A DNA stretch of 41,705 bases from Gemmatimonadales bacterium (GTDB taxonomy: Bacteria; Gemmatimonadota; Gemmatimonadetes; Gemmatimonadales; Gemmatimonadaceae), in the NCBI GenBank assembly GCA_038258695.1, contig JBBSPO010000001.1:1-41705 (forward strand). The letters run 5' to 3'. Below the pieces are notes generated by a model. It was not told the origin of the DNA. It ran no database searches and worked only from the letters and a program-made list of their open reading frames with translations. This document shows positions 17,218-25,876 of the stretch, one piece after another (position 1 is the stretch's first letter; each line of letters starts with the position of its first letter). The position numbers were made by a program, and so were the translations under genes.

Positions 17218-19020
17218 TTATTCACCAATCACCTTGGGCTTGAGCGGCTTGGTACCATTGAGCCGCGGACGCGGACCGTTGCTCACTTCAATCGTGAGGT
17301 CCTTGATGAACTGCGTGATTTTGCTGTAGTGCGGATAGTCGATGAACTGTGCTTCGTCGCTGCGCTGGTGATAGTCGCCGTGCAAGCCAGTAAAGAAAAA
17401 CGCGATGGGCACACCCTGACGCGCGTAGTTGATGTGATCGCTGCGCGCGTAGATGTTGTTGTAGCCGCCCCATGTGGTGGGTTCGTCAAACTTGTAGTCG
17501 AGGTCCAGCGGCTTGTCGCGCTTCTTATTCACGGCTTGCACGGTTTCGCCCAGATCTTTGGAGTCAAAGAGCGAACCGATGACGGCCACGTAATCATCAT
17601 TGCCGCCGGGCAGATCTTCGGCCCGTCCGCGACCAATCATGTCTACGTTGATGGCCGCAACAATGGAGTCAACCGGCACCGTGGGGTGACGCATGTAATA
17701 CGCCGAGCCCACCAGTCCACCTTCTTCGCCGGTGTGCCAGACAAAGAGCGTTGAGCGCTTGGGCTTTACGTCCATGGCCATGATGGCTTCGGCAATCTCA
17801 AGCACCGCCATTGATCCCGATCCGTCGTCGTCGGCACCGTTGTTGACCGAATCAAGACGCGCCACAGGATGCACACGACGGATGCTGTCCATGTTCACGC
17901 GGAACGACTGAAACGCTTCGATCGTGGGCTGCTGCATGTCGTTGGCAATCTGCCAGCGGATTTTCTGATCGTTAAAGGCTTTGAGTGAATCCTTGTCCAC
18001 CGCTGGTGCAAAGCCCACGTGGTCGTTGTGCGCGCCAACGGCAACAAACTGATTTTTGAGCACCGGATCGCTGCCGGGAATGACGGCCACCACATTGCGG
18101 CCGTAATTGGTGGGCAGCTCCACAAAGTCGAGCATGGCGTTCACCACGCCGCCCGGTGTGCCAGCGGTAAGTCCATCCAAGTTGCTGCGTGCGAACAGCC
18201 GAGCTGCCGCTGCGCTCGTGATGCGTAGCTGTGCCGCGGGCATCATGGCGTTGAGCTGCTGCTTGAGCAGCGTGAGTGAATCAGTGTCAGCGCCTCGTGC
18301 CGTACGCGGCGTGGAGGGCTGCGATGCAACTGTCGGCTCATTGATGGCTGCTCGTTGCGCCGGTGTGAGTGCATCGAGATCGACAGTGGCCACGGCCACG
18401 GCGTTATCAAAGCGGGAGCTGGAGGCGGCGCCGCCGCGACCTCCACCAAAGGCGCGCTGACCTACCGGGCCGCCGGCACCGCGACGTCCCGCTTCGGGTA
18501 GCAGCACCACAAACTTGCCAGCGGCCTGTGCCGGAGAAATCTGCGTGGTGGTATCGCCCTGCGTGCCGCCAAAGATTACGTCGACGTTCACAATCGGCTG
18601 CGGCGCGCGCGTTCCCGGTACGGCCACAAACTCATCGTTCCACTTGACGGGATTGCCATTCACCGTAAGGCGCGAGCTGGTGGTGTATTTGCGCAACCTG
18701 AACGGCAACACCTGAAAGTAGGTGCCGTTGTCACCGGCCGGCACGAGGCCCAGACGCTGCACTTCGGCGGCGATGTAGTCGGTGCCTTTCTGGTTGCCCA
18801 GCCGACCAACCTGACGCCCCATCATGGAATCGTCAGCGAACTGGTAGAGGCGGATTTGCAAATCGCGCTGGCTGATTTCAGCGGCGGTAGGCGCAGGCGC
18901 GAGTTTTTCGGGGTTGCCGTAGCGGTTGACGGCTTGCGTGTGCGCCGTTGCAGGGGCAACGGCCGGCGCGACCACGGCTGCGGCCAATAGTGCGTGGCGG
19001 AGTGATATTGAACAGGGCAT
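17218..19020 (-). CDS. M28-family metallopeptidase (aminopeptidase)
   Basis: I trimmed the track ORF to the ATG at 19020 (MPCSISLRHALLAAAVVAPAVAPATAHTQ signal). The M28 zinc-ligand regions are VGAHNDHVG, NNGADDDGSGSMAVLEIAEA, WHTGEEGGLVGS, NVDMIGR and RSDHINYARQGVPIAFFFTGLHGDYHQRSDE. Confidence 0.9.
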   Translation of the reverse strand: MPCSISLRHALLAAAVVAPAVAPATAHTQAVNRYGNPEKLAPAPTAAEISQRDLQIRLYQFADDSMMGRQVGRLGNQKGTDYIAAEVQRLGLVPAGDNGTYFQVLPFRLRKYTTSSRLTVNGNPVKWNDEFVAVPGTRAPQPIVNVDVIFGGTQGDTTTQISPAQAAGKFVVLLPEAGRRGAGGPVGQRAFGGGRGGAASSSRFDNAVAVATVDLDALTPAQRAAINEPTVASQPSTPRTARGADTDSLTLLKQQLNAMMPAAQLRITSAAAARLFARSNLDGLTAGTPGGVVNAMLDFVELPTNYGRNVVAVIPGSDPVLKNQFVAVGAHNDHVGFAPAVDKDSLKAFNDQKIRWQIANDMQQPTIEAFQSFRVNMDSIRRVHPVARLDSVNNGADDDGSGSMAVLEIAEAIMAMDVKPKRSTLFVWHTGEEGGLVGSAYYMRHPTVPVDSIVAAINVDMIGRGRAEDLPGGNDDYVAVIGSLFDSKDLGETVQAVNKKRDKPLDLDYKFDEPTTWGGYNNIYARSDHINYARQGVPIAFFFTGLHGDYHQRSDEAQFIDYPHYSKITQFIKDLTIEVSNGPRPRLNGTKPLKPKVIGE

Positions 19021-19179
19021 GGTGGTTGTGTCGGGGAAACGGGAGAAACGACCTGAGGTGCAGCGGATTGGTGTGCGATCCCTCAGCGGGTCGCAGCTAG
19101 TGGTATTCACTGCGGTTAACATCCTGGTTGCCATATGTACGCGTTCCATCAGCCCACCGCTGCCAGAGCGACCCAGCGG

Positions 19180-19914
19180 CTACGGCCGAGACACTGAAAA
19201 CTTGAACTGCTGAAACACCAGCGCGCACACCGGTTGATTGTCGCGATAGCTCGGCGTGAACGCTGTGGTGTGCACGTACTTGCGCACCGCGCGCTCAAAT
19301 GTGGCGTGCGTCTGTTCTACAGCATGCGTGAAATCCTCGCGCACCGTGCCGTCGTCGTTCACGAGATAGCGCATGAGGACTTCGCCGTCGCGACCATTCT
19401 GTTTGGCAACGTAGGGATAGTCAGGCGCCGCGCTCCGGTTTACCGGCAACGGTGGGCGGTTGGGGTTGCTGTCGGAATAGCGCGTGACGCCCTTTTCGTC
19501 GGCGGCGAGGCGGAACTCCAGGCGATGAATCGTTTCGCGGTTAACATCGGGCGCCAGCGTGTCATAGGGCGAATACAGCAAATGCGCGCCCCACATTTTA
19601 AAGCGCAATCGGTACTCGCCCGCGTCAGGCGATGGCATCATGAAGGCACCATCGCTGAGTGTCTGCGTGCTGGCCACAACGTCGCCATCGCTGCGCACCA
19701 GCGACACACTGATGCATGGCATGGCGGCACCGGTGTCATCATCGAGCGCGATGCCGGCGATGGTGCCTTGCGCACCCAACACACCACCACCTGCAGCGGT
19801 AAAGGCAAGCGCCAGCAAGCTGCGCGCGACGATTGGCGCCATGGTCCTGAACACCCGCGCTACAGGATACATTCTCCGCCCCGTTAACTCGAACACCCGC
19901 GTTACAGCATTCAT
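19180..19914 (-). CDS. Protein with an N-terminal carboxypeptidase-regulatory-like domain and a TonB C-terminal-like domain
   Basis: The N-terminal part reads GTIAGIALDDDTGAAMPCISVSLVRSDGDVVASTQTLSDGAFMMPSPDAGEYRLRF. The C-terminal part, PDYPYVAKQNGRDGEVLMRYLVNDDGTVREDF...AVRKYVHTTAFTPSYRDNQPV, is TonB_C-like. The start is ambiguous: ATGs at 19914, 19872 and 19842 all lie downstream of the fahA stop at 19940. Confidence 0.65.
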   Translation of the reverse strand: MNAVTRVFELTGRRMYPVARVFRTMAPIVARSLLALAFTAAGGGVLGAQGTIAGIALDDDTGAAMPCISVSLVRSDGDVVASTQTLSDGAFMMPSPDAGEYRLRFKMWGAHLLYSPYDTLAPDVNRETIHRLEFRLAADEKGVTRYSDSNPNRPPLPVNRSAAPDYPYVAKQNGRDGEVLMRYLVNDDGTVREDFTHAVEQTHATFERAVRKYVHTTAFTPSYRDNQPVCALVFQQFKFSVSRP

Positions 19915-19939
19915 GCTCAGCCCCGATCGTTTTGTGGTA

Positions 19940-21292
19940 CTACCCAACCACCACACCACGGCACGCCCCAAACCCAATCCGACGCGCACCATCACGCTCG
20001 GCGAACGCACGCAGAATCACTTCATCACCGTTCTCGAGAAAGCCGCGTGTTTCATCGTTGGGCAATGCAATGGGTTCACTGGCGCGTTTGGTGCGCTCCA
20101 GCAGACAGCCGGCCTGCTCAATGCTGGCACCCGACACAGTGCCGCTGCCGAGCATGTCGCCCGGGCGCAGGTTGCAACCGTTGCTTGTGTGGTGCGTGAG
20201 CATTTGCCCCAGGGACCAGTACAAATCCAGAAACGATGCGCGCGAGAGCTGCAGCGGTGCGACACCCTCATCGCGCATGCGCGCGGTGGACAAATACACT
20301 TCAAGTGTGATGGCAAAGCCACCACGCGCCTGATCGTCGGCGTTGGTGAGATACGGCAGTGGTGCAGGATCGTCGGCAGCCCGCGCTGACAGCGGCGCAC
20401 GGAATGGCTCAAGGGCGTCGAGGGTGACCACAAACGGACTCACGCTGCTGGCAAAACTTTTGGCCAGAAACGGGCCCAGCGGCTGGTACTCCCACGCCTG
20501 CAGGTCGCGCGCGCTCCAGTCGTTAAGCAGTGACAGTCCCACGATGTGGTCATGAGCCTGCGCGAGGTCAATGCTGGTGCCCAGCGCATTGCCCGTCCCG
20601 ACCCACGCGGCCACTTCGAGCTCGTAGTCCAGCGAACGCGAGGGGCCGAATGTGGGCTCGCTCTCGTTGGGGCCTTTGCGTTGACCGCTGGGGCGGTGCA
20701 CCGGTGTGCCGCTGACCACAACGCTCGACGCGCGCCCGTGATATCCAATGGGCACCCACTTGTAGTTGGGCAACAGCGGATTGTCGGGCCGGAACATGCG
20801 ACCCACGTTGGTGGCGTGGTGCACCGATGCATAAAAATCGGTGTAGTCGCCAACAGTCGCGGGCAGCAGCAGTTCAACACTGTGCTGCGGGATGAGCAAC
20901 GCTGGTGCTAACGTTTCCTGTGCTTTGTCACCGTCACCGCCGGTGCGCAGCAGCATGGAGATTTGCGTGCGCAGCGCTCGCAGTGGCAGACGGCCCAGCG
21001 CAAAGAGTGCATTGAGCGTTGGCTCAGCACACGCCTCGGCCGCGGGCAACGCGGCACCGCTGAACAAGGCACGCGACATTGCCGCGCGCACATCAAAAAT
21101 CTGGTCGCCAATGGCCACACCACAGCGTGGTGTCTCACCGTCCCGCTGGAACACACACAGCGGCAGATTCTGAATCGGAAAGTCACTCTCCGGTTCGTTG
21201 GCCGATACAACCCAGCTCTGCAGCGCCGGATTGAGCGAATCGGCAAGCGCTTCGGGTGAGATTGGATCCATCTCCTGGGCGTCAGTCACCAC
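19940..21292 (-). CDS. fahA: Fumarylacetoacetase
   Basis: The N-terminal domain is SWVVSANEPESDFPIQNLPLCVF. The catalytic region GDYTDFYASVHHATNVGRMFRPDNPLLPNYKWVPIGYHGRASS closely follows the eukaryotic/bacterial FAH consensus. The start is GTG at 21292 or 21289 (GTGA overlap with the upstream stop), or ATG at 21271. Confidence 0.9.
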   Translation of the reverse strand: MVTDAQEMDPISPEALADSLNPALQSWVVSANEPESDFPIQNLPLCVFQRDGETPRCGVAIGDQIFDVRAAMSRALFSGAALPAAEACAEPTLNALFALGRLPLRALRTQISMLLRTGGDGDKAQETLAPALLIPQHSVELLLPATVGDYTDFYASVHHATNVGRMFRPDNPLLPNYKWVPIGYHGRASSVVVSGTPVHRPSGQRKGPNESEPTFGPSRSLDYELEVAAWVGTGNALGTSIDLAQAHDHIVGLSLLNDWSARDLQAWEYQPLGPFLAKSFASSVSPFVVTLDALEPFRAPLSARAADDPAPLPYLTNADDQARGGFAITLEVYLSTARMRDEGVAPLQLSRASFLDLYWSLGQMLTHHTSNGCNLRPGDMLGSGTVSGASIEQAGCLLERTKRASEPIALPNDETRGFLENGDEVILRAFAERDGARRIGFGACRGVVVG

Positions 21293-22215
21293 GCGCCCAG
21301 TGCACGCACTTCATCCACCGGTTCGCTGAACGAACAGGCACCAAACGAGACCGCCACATGCTCCCGCAAGTGCGCGAGCTCGTTGCGGTCGAGAACAAAT
21401 CCTTGCCAGGTGATACCAGCATCTGCGAAGCTGAGCGCCGACGGGTCGGTCTCAAGCAGTGCACGCTCCCGCCACGCACGATCGTGCCCTTTGACGGTGA
21501 GCGCCGCGACCAGAAACAGATTAAGAAAGCCGAACATCTGTGCCTGCGCTGCACCGGGCTCATAGGTAAGCGCATAAGAACCGGTGAGCGGGTGGTGCAG
21601 ACCAGCCGTCGCCTTGAAGGGCACGTGGTGCCGTACGCAGCTCTCTACAAAAGACACCACCTGTTGTGCCGACGGAAAAGCATCGGCCGTCACACCACCA
21701 GTGCGTATTTTGGCGCGGCGACCTGTACGCGAGAGCGCCTCGATGAACGGCTCGACATCGGGCTGCAACGGTACTTCTACATACACGTGCGCGTCCGACG
21801 GAAACGCACCATCAATGGCCTGCACATCGGCAGGGGCGGCGGCGCGGACTTCAATGGTGTCAACAATCGCGCTGCACTCTTCCCAGCTGTAGCGATGATT
21901 CTGGTTCACGACGGCAATCGCGTTGGCGTCGGCCGTATGATCACCCGTTCCGATGGCCGCCAGTCGCCACGGTATCGCGCCCGGATCACGCGGCAGCAAC
22001 GGCTCTGCTTCACGCGCAAAATCATCGAGCGCCGGAACAGGGCACACGAGACGTCCAAGCATCCATCCCGCCTCGCCACCGCGATACCGTGCGTAGTTTC
22101 GCACCGCCTCTCGCATGTTAAGCGCAGCGGGCGGGAAGAGACCCGCATAGTCCACAATGCCATCGAGCAGCACGCGTGCGGCAGGGTCAGTGATGAGCGG
22201 TACACGAACAGGCAT
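21286..22215 (-). CDS. Conserved-looking hypothetical protein (family not recognised)
   Basis: 309 aa with ATG at 22215, 32 nt after the nadC stop. It has balanced, non-repetitive composition with plausible motifs AKIRTGGVTADAFPS and VPFKATAGLHHPL. The opposite-strand ORF (21256-22296) is Arg-rich and implausible. Confidence 0.7.
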   Translation of the reverse strand: MPVRVPLITDPAARVLLDGIVDYAGLFPPAALNMREAVRNYARYRGGEAGWMLGRLVCPVPALDDFAREAEPLLPRDPGAIPWRLAAIGTGDHTADANAIAVVNQNHRYSWEECSAIVDTIEVRAAAPADVQAIDGAFPSDAHVYVEVPLQPDVEPFIEALSRTGRRAKIRTGGVTADAFPSAQQVVSFVESCVRHHVPFKATAGLHHPLTGSYALTYEPGAAQAQMFGFLNLFLVAALTVKGHDRAWRERALLETDPSALSFADAGITWQGFVLDRNELAHLREHVAVSFGACSFSEPVDEVRALGAW

Positions 22216-22247
22216 AACGATCTACCGGTTAACCGTCAGATGAACAG

Positions 22248-23180
22248 TCACAGTCCGTCAAAATCGAGCGCCAGATCGAGCGCCGGCGCACTATGAGTCA
22301 ACGCACCAATGGAAATACGATCCACGCCGCACTCGGCGATGCCTCGCACCGTGGCGAGCGTCACACCGCCCGACGCTTCGGTGATCATGCGCCCGTCACA
22401 CATTGTCACGGCCTGCCGGAGTTCACTGAGTGACATGTTGTCGAGCAGTACGGAATCGGCATTGGCATTGAGCGCGGCCGTCACCTGCGCGAGTGTGTCG
22501 CACTCGATCTGAATCATGGTACCAGATGCCGCAATGCCTCGCGCTCGCTGCACCGCCAAACCAACGTCGCCGCCAATAGCGGCGAGATGATTGTCCTTGA
22601 TGAGCACACCACTGCGCAAATCGAATCGGTGATTCACACCACCACCGGCCTGCACGGCGTACTTTTCCAGTCGTCGCCAGCCGGGTGTGGTTTTACGCGT
22701 GTCAAGAATTTGCGCGCGTGTGCCCTGCACCGCTGCCACAAAGCGCGCGGTGAGTGACGCAATGCCGCTCAGCCGCTGCATGAAGTTGAGCGCCACACGT
22801 TCGGCGGAGAGCAGCGCACGGGCGTGACCGTTGAGTCTGATAACTACTGAGCCGGCTTCGACCATCGTGCCATCGACGTGCTCCACACGCGCCGCGATAC
22901 TCTTGTCGAGCAGCCGAAATGCTTCGCAGGCCAGCGGCACGCCGGCAATCACGCCGGTTTGTCTGGCCACGAGTGACGCGCGTACATGACGGTCACTCAC
23001 AACCGTGGCCAGTGTTGACACATCGTGAAACGCGGCGTCTTCGTCGAGCGCGGCACGAACCAGCGCTTCGGTTTGGGCGTCGGACAATGGGAAGCCAACC
23101 GCGCCCACATGTGAGATGGCAGGCGTGCTCAGTGGCGTGAGGTGACGCTGCGCGCCGTCTGCTTGTGGTTCGTGCGTCAT
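22248..23180 (-). CDS. nadC: Nicotinate-nucleotide pyrophosphorylase (quinolinate phosphoribosyltransferase)
   Basis: The motif LDTRKTTPGWRRLEKYAVQAGGGVNHRFDLRSGVLIKDNH is present, with a C-terminal VDRISIGALTHSAP. ATG at 23180 is preceded by GGGAGG. Confidence 0.95.
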   Translation of the reverse strand: MTHEPQADGAQRHLTPLSTPAISHVGAVGFPLSDAQTEALVRAALDEDAAFHDVSTLATVVSDRHVRASLVARQTGVIAGVPLACEAFRLLDKSIAARVEHVDGTMVEAGSVVIRLNGHARALLSAERVALNFMQRLSGIASLTARFVAAVQGTRAQILDTRKTTPGWRRLEKYAVQAGGGVNHRFDLRSGVLIKDNHLAAIGGDVGLAVQRARGIAASGTMIQIECDTLAQVTAALNANADSVLLDNMSLSELRQAVTMCDGRMITEASGGVTLATVRGIAECGVDRISIGALTHSAPALDLALDFDGL

Positions 23181-23252
23181 TGGATGTTCGCCTCCCTGAG
23201 ACCTGTTTCAGTGTGCCTGTTCACACACCTGTCGTTCGCTGTTGCCCGTTGA

Positions 23253-24263
23253 TCACTCGCCCGGATCATTGGGGCCAAATGGACTCGTGGCCGGCGTGCC
23301 ACCAATCGCGACCATGCGTTCAATGGCCGTGCGCGCCCGGGCTGCGATTTCAGGCGGCACGGTAATGCGATGCTGCATGAGCTGCAGCGCTTTGAGCACC
23401 TTGGGCAACGTGGTGACCTTCATGTACGCACACTCCGCGCGATCGTTGGCCGCAATGAAGTGCTTGGACGGATTCTCGCGACGCAGCCGATGCAGAATAC
23501 CGATTTCCGTGGCCACGATGAACGTGTCGTTGTCACTCTGCCGAGGACGATTGATCATACCCTCGGTGGAGAGAATCTGCGCGCCTTCCTTGGCGATCGC
23601 ACCAGCCGATACGGCATCGACCACAGAAGTGGCGCAACCACACTCAGGATGAATGAGAAACTCGGCGCCCGGATGCTGTGAGCGCGTGAGGTTGATATGC
23701 TCAGGATCAATACCCGCGTGCACATGACACTCACCCATCCAGACGTGAATGTTCTGGCGTCCACTGAGCCGACGCACGTGCGCACCCAGAAACATGTCGG
23801 GCAAAAAGAGAATGTCTTTTTCTTCAGGAATCGCGTTCACAACTTCCACCGCGTTGCCGCTGGTGCAGCAGTAATCGCTTTCGGCTTTTACTTCGGCGGT
23901 GGTGTTCACGTACGACACAACAACGGCCCCCGGATGCTGCGCTTTCCAGGCGCGCAGCTCCTCGGCGTTGATGGTGGCAGCCAGCGAACAGCCAGCGGCC
24001 AGATCCGGCAGCAGCACCGTTTTTTGTGGCGACAGAATGGCCGCTGTTTCGGCCATGAAATGTACGCCGCAGAACACAATGACATCGGCGCTGGTACTGG
24101 CGGCTTCGCGCGACAGGCCCAGCGAGTCACCCACGTAATCGGCGACATCCTGAATCTCGGGCCGCTCGTAGTTGTGCGCGAGGATGACCGCGTTTTTCTG
24201 TGCGGCCAGCTCACGGATTGCGTTGTGAACAGCTGGATCGTAGTGCGCTTCGAGAATCGTCAT
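23253..24263 (-). CDS. nadA: Quinolinate synthase
   Basis: I trimmed the track ORF to the ATG at 24263, 32 nt after the nadB stop. Motifs are ILAHNYERPEIQDVADYVGDSLGLS, FCGVHFMAETA and HPECGC. Confidence 0.95.
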   Translation of the reverse strand: MTILEAHYDPAVHNAIRELAAQKNAVILAHNYERPEIQDVADYVGDSLGLSREAASTSADVIVFCGVHFMAETAAILSPQKTVLLPDLAAGCSLAATINAEELRAWKAQHPGAVVVSYVNTTAEVKAESDYCCTSGNAVEVVNAIPEEKDILFLPDMFLGAHVRRLSGRQNIHVWMGECHVHAGIDPEHINLTRSQHPGAEFLIHPECGCATSVVDAVSAGAIAKEGAQILSTEGMINRPRQSDNDTFIVATEIGILHRLRRENPSKHFIAANDRAECAYMKVTTLPKVLKALQLMQHRITVPPEIAARARTAIERMVAIGGTPATSPFGPNDPGE

Positions 24264-24295
24264 AGAGTAGTGACCGTGTAGTGCTGGCGGAGTAA

Positions 24296-25807
24296 TTACC
24301 AGGTAACCTGTCGTCCTTTCCATTCGCGGCGTCGGGCCGGAAAGTCGCTGCGATAGTGGCCGCCGCGCGATTCCTTGCGCAACAACGCCGCTTCGGCAAT
24401 CAGCCAGGCCGTGGTAAGCAAGTTACGCTCTTCGGTGGCTCCTTCGCTTAAACGCCCTTCAATCGCGCCGAGTCCTTTCAGACAGGCGCGCAATCCTCGC
24501 GCCGTGCGATCGATGCCCGCATGCTGCCACATGAGATAGCGAATCTCGTCGGCGGCGACCTGGGCCGCGCCGCGGTCCTCCAGTGGTGGTACACTCCACT
24601 TCTTCGCACGTGGCGTGGCAATCCGCTTCGGTGTTCCTTCGAGGTCGCGCGCCACGCGTTCGGCAAATACGAGACCTTCGAGCAGCGAATTGGACGCCAG
24701 GCGATTGGCGCCGTGTACGCCGGTTCGGGCCGTCTCGCCCACTGCGTACAGGCGTGTGAGGCTGGAGCGTCCGCGCAAGTCGGTGACAATACCACCCATG
24801 ATGTAGTGCGCGGCTGGTGTTACCGGGATGAGCTGCCTGGACGGCGTAATTCCGCGCGCTTTGCAGATGGCCTGAATGCCGGGAAATCGAGTGGCGAATC
24901 GACGGCCGAGCATGCGTGCATCGAGATAAACAGTGCCGGTTCGCAGCTGCTCCCGGAAGATTTCGCGGGCCACCACATCACGCGGTGCCAGATCGGCGTC
25001 TTTGTGTTTCCCGGTCATGAACCGCTCACCGTTGCTGTTCACCAGGATCGCACCTTCACCGCGCACCGCTTCGGAAATGAGCGCCAGCGGGTTTTCGCTG
25101 GTCGAGAGCGCCGTGGGGTGGAACTGTACGAACTCCATGTCGGTAATGCTCACGCCGGCCCGATGCGCGATGGCAAAACCGTCGCCGGTGGCGACTTGCG
25201 GGTTGGTGGTATGCCGGAACACCTGACCGCAGCCTCCGGTAGCAAAAACAGTGGCGTCCGCGAGTATTTCCACTGCCTGTCCAGACAGGCTTGCCCGTAC
25301 CCCAACGCACTGCCCATCGTGCACAATCAGGTCGAGGACACGCGCCCATTCACGGACATCAACATCTGGACTGTCCGCGACCCGGGCGAGTAGTGTACGG
25401 GCAACTTCGGCGCCGGTCTGGTCGCCTTGTGCATGTACAATGCGGTGGCGCGAGTGGGCGGCCTCGCGACCAAGTTTCAAGCTGCCGTCGGCTGCCAGAT
25501 CGAAACGTGCTCCTGCTGTCTGCAGCTCGAGCACGCGCGCCGGACCCTCCTCCACGAGCACCTGTACGGCGGCTGCGTCGCACAGTGCGGCGCCAGCCGC
25601 CAAGGTGTCGCGACGGTGGAGCGCTGGTGAGTCGCCTGCACCCAGGGCAGCGGCAATGCCACCTTGTGCGTAAGCTGTAGCAGAATCAAAGAGGGACCGT
25701 TTGGTGAGCAGCATCACCGATCCGTGGGCAGAGGCGCGCCATGCTGCGTGCAGACCGGCTACGCCGCTGCCAACCACAAGGAACCGGGTGCGAATTCGTT
25801 CGGTCAT
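24296..25807 (-). CDS. nadB: L-aspartate oxidase
   Basis: I trimmed the track ORF to the ATG at 25807. The FAD-binding N-terminus is FLVVGSGVAGLHAA. Also present are AQGGIAA, HPTAL and the C-terminal ESRGGHYRSDFP. Confidence 0.95.
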   Translation of the reverse strand: MTERIRTRFLVVGSGVAGLHAAWRASAHGSVMLLTKRSLFDSATAYAQGGIAAALGAGDSPALHRRDTLAAGAALCDAAAVQVLVEEGPARVLELQTAGARFDLAADGSLKLGREAAHSRHRIVHAQGDQTGAEVARTLLARVADSPDVDVREWARVLDLIVHDGQCVGVRASLSGQAVEILADATVFATGGCGQVFRHTTNPQVATGDGFAIAHRAGVSITDMEFVQFHPTALSTSENPLALISEAVRGEGAILVNSNGERFMTGKHKDADLAPRDVVAREIFREQLRTGTVYLDARMLGRRFATRFPGIQAICKARGITPSRQLIPVTPAAHYIMGGIVTDLRGRSSLTRLYAVGETARTGVHGANRLASNSLLEGLVFAERVARDLEGTPKRIATPRAKKWSVPPLEDRGAAQVAADEIRYLMWQHAGIDRTARGLRACLKGLGAIEGRLSEGATEERNLLTTAWLIAEAALLRKESRGGHYRSDFPARRREWKGRQVTW

Positions 25808-25876
25808 ATAGATTTTAACAATATCGCGGCACACACGTGGTGCCAGCCGTTTTCACCGGCAGGAGATCGTTCCGAC

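Noticed and set aside
21256-22296. 346-aa plus-strand ORF opposite the hypothetical gene at 21286-22215
   Set aside because: It is very Arg-rich with no hydrophobic core pattern. The minus-strand frame has balanced composition, an ATG well placed after nadC and a stop overlapping the fahA start.
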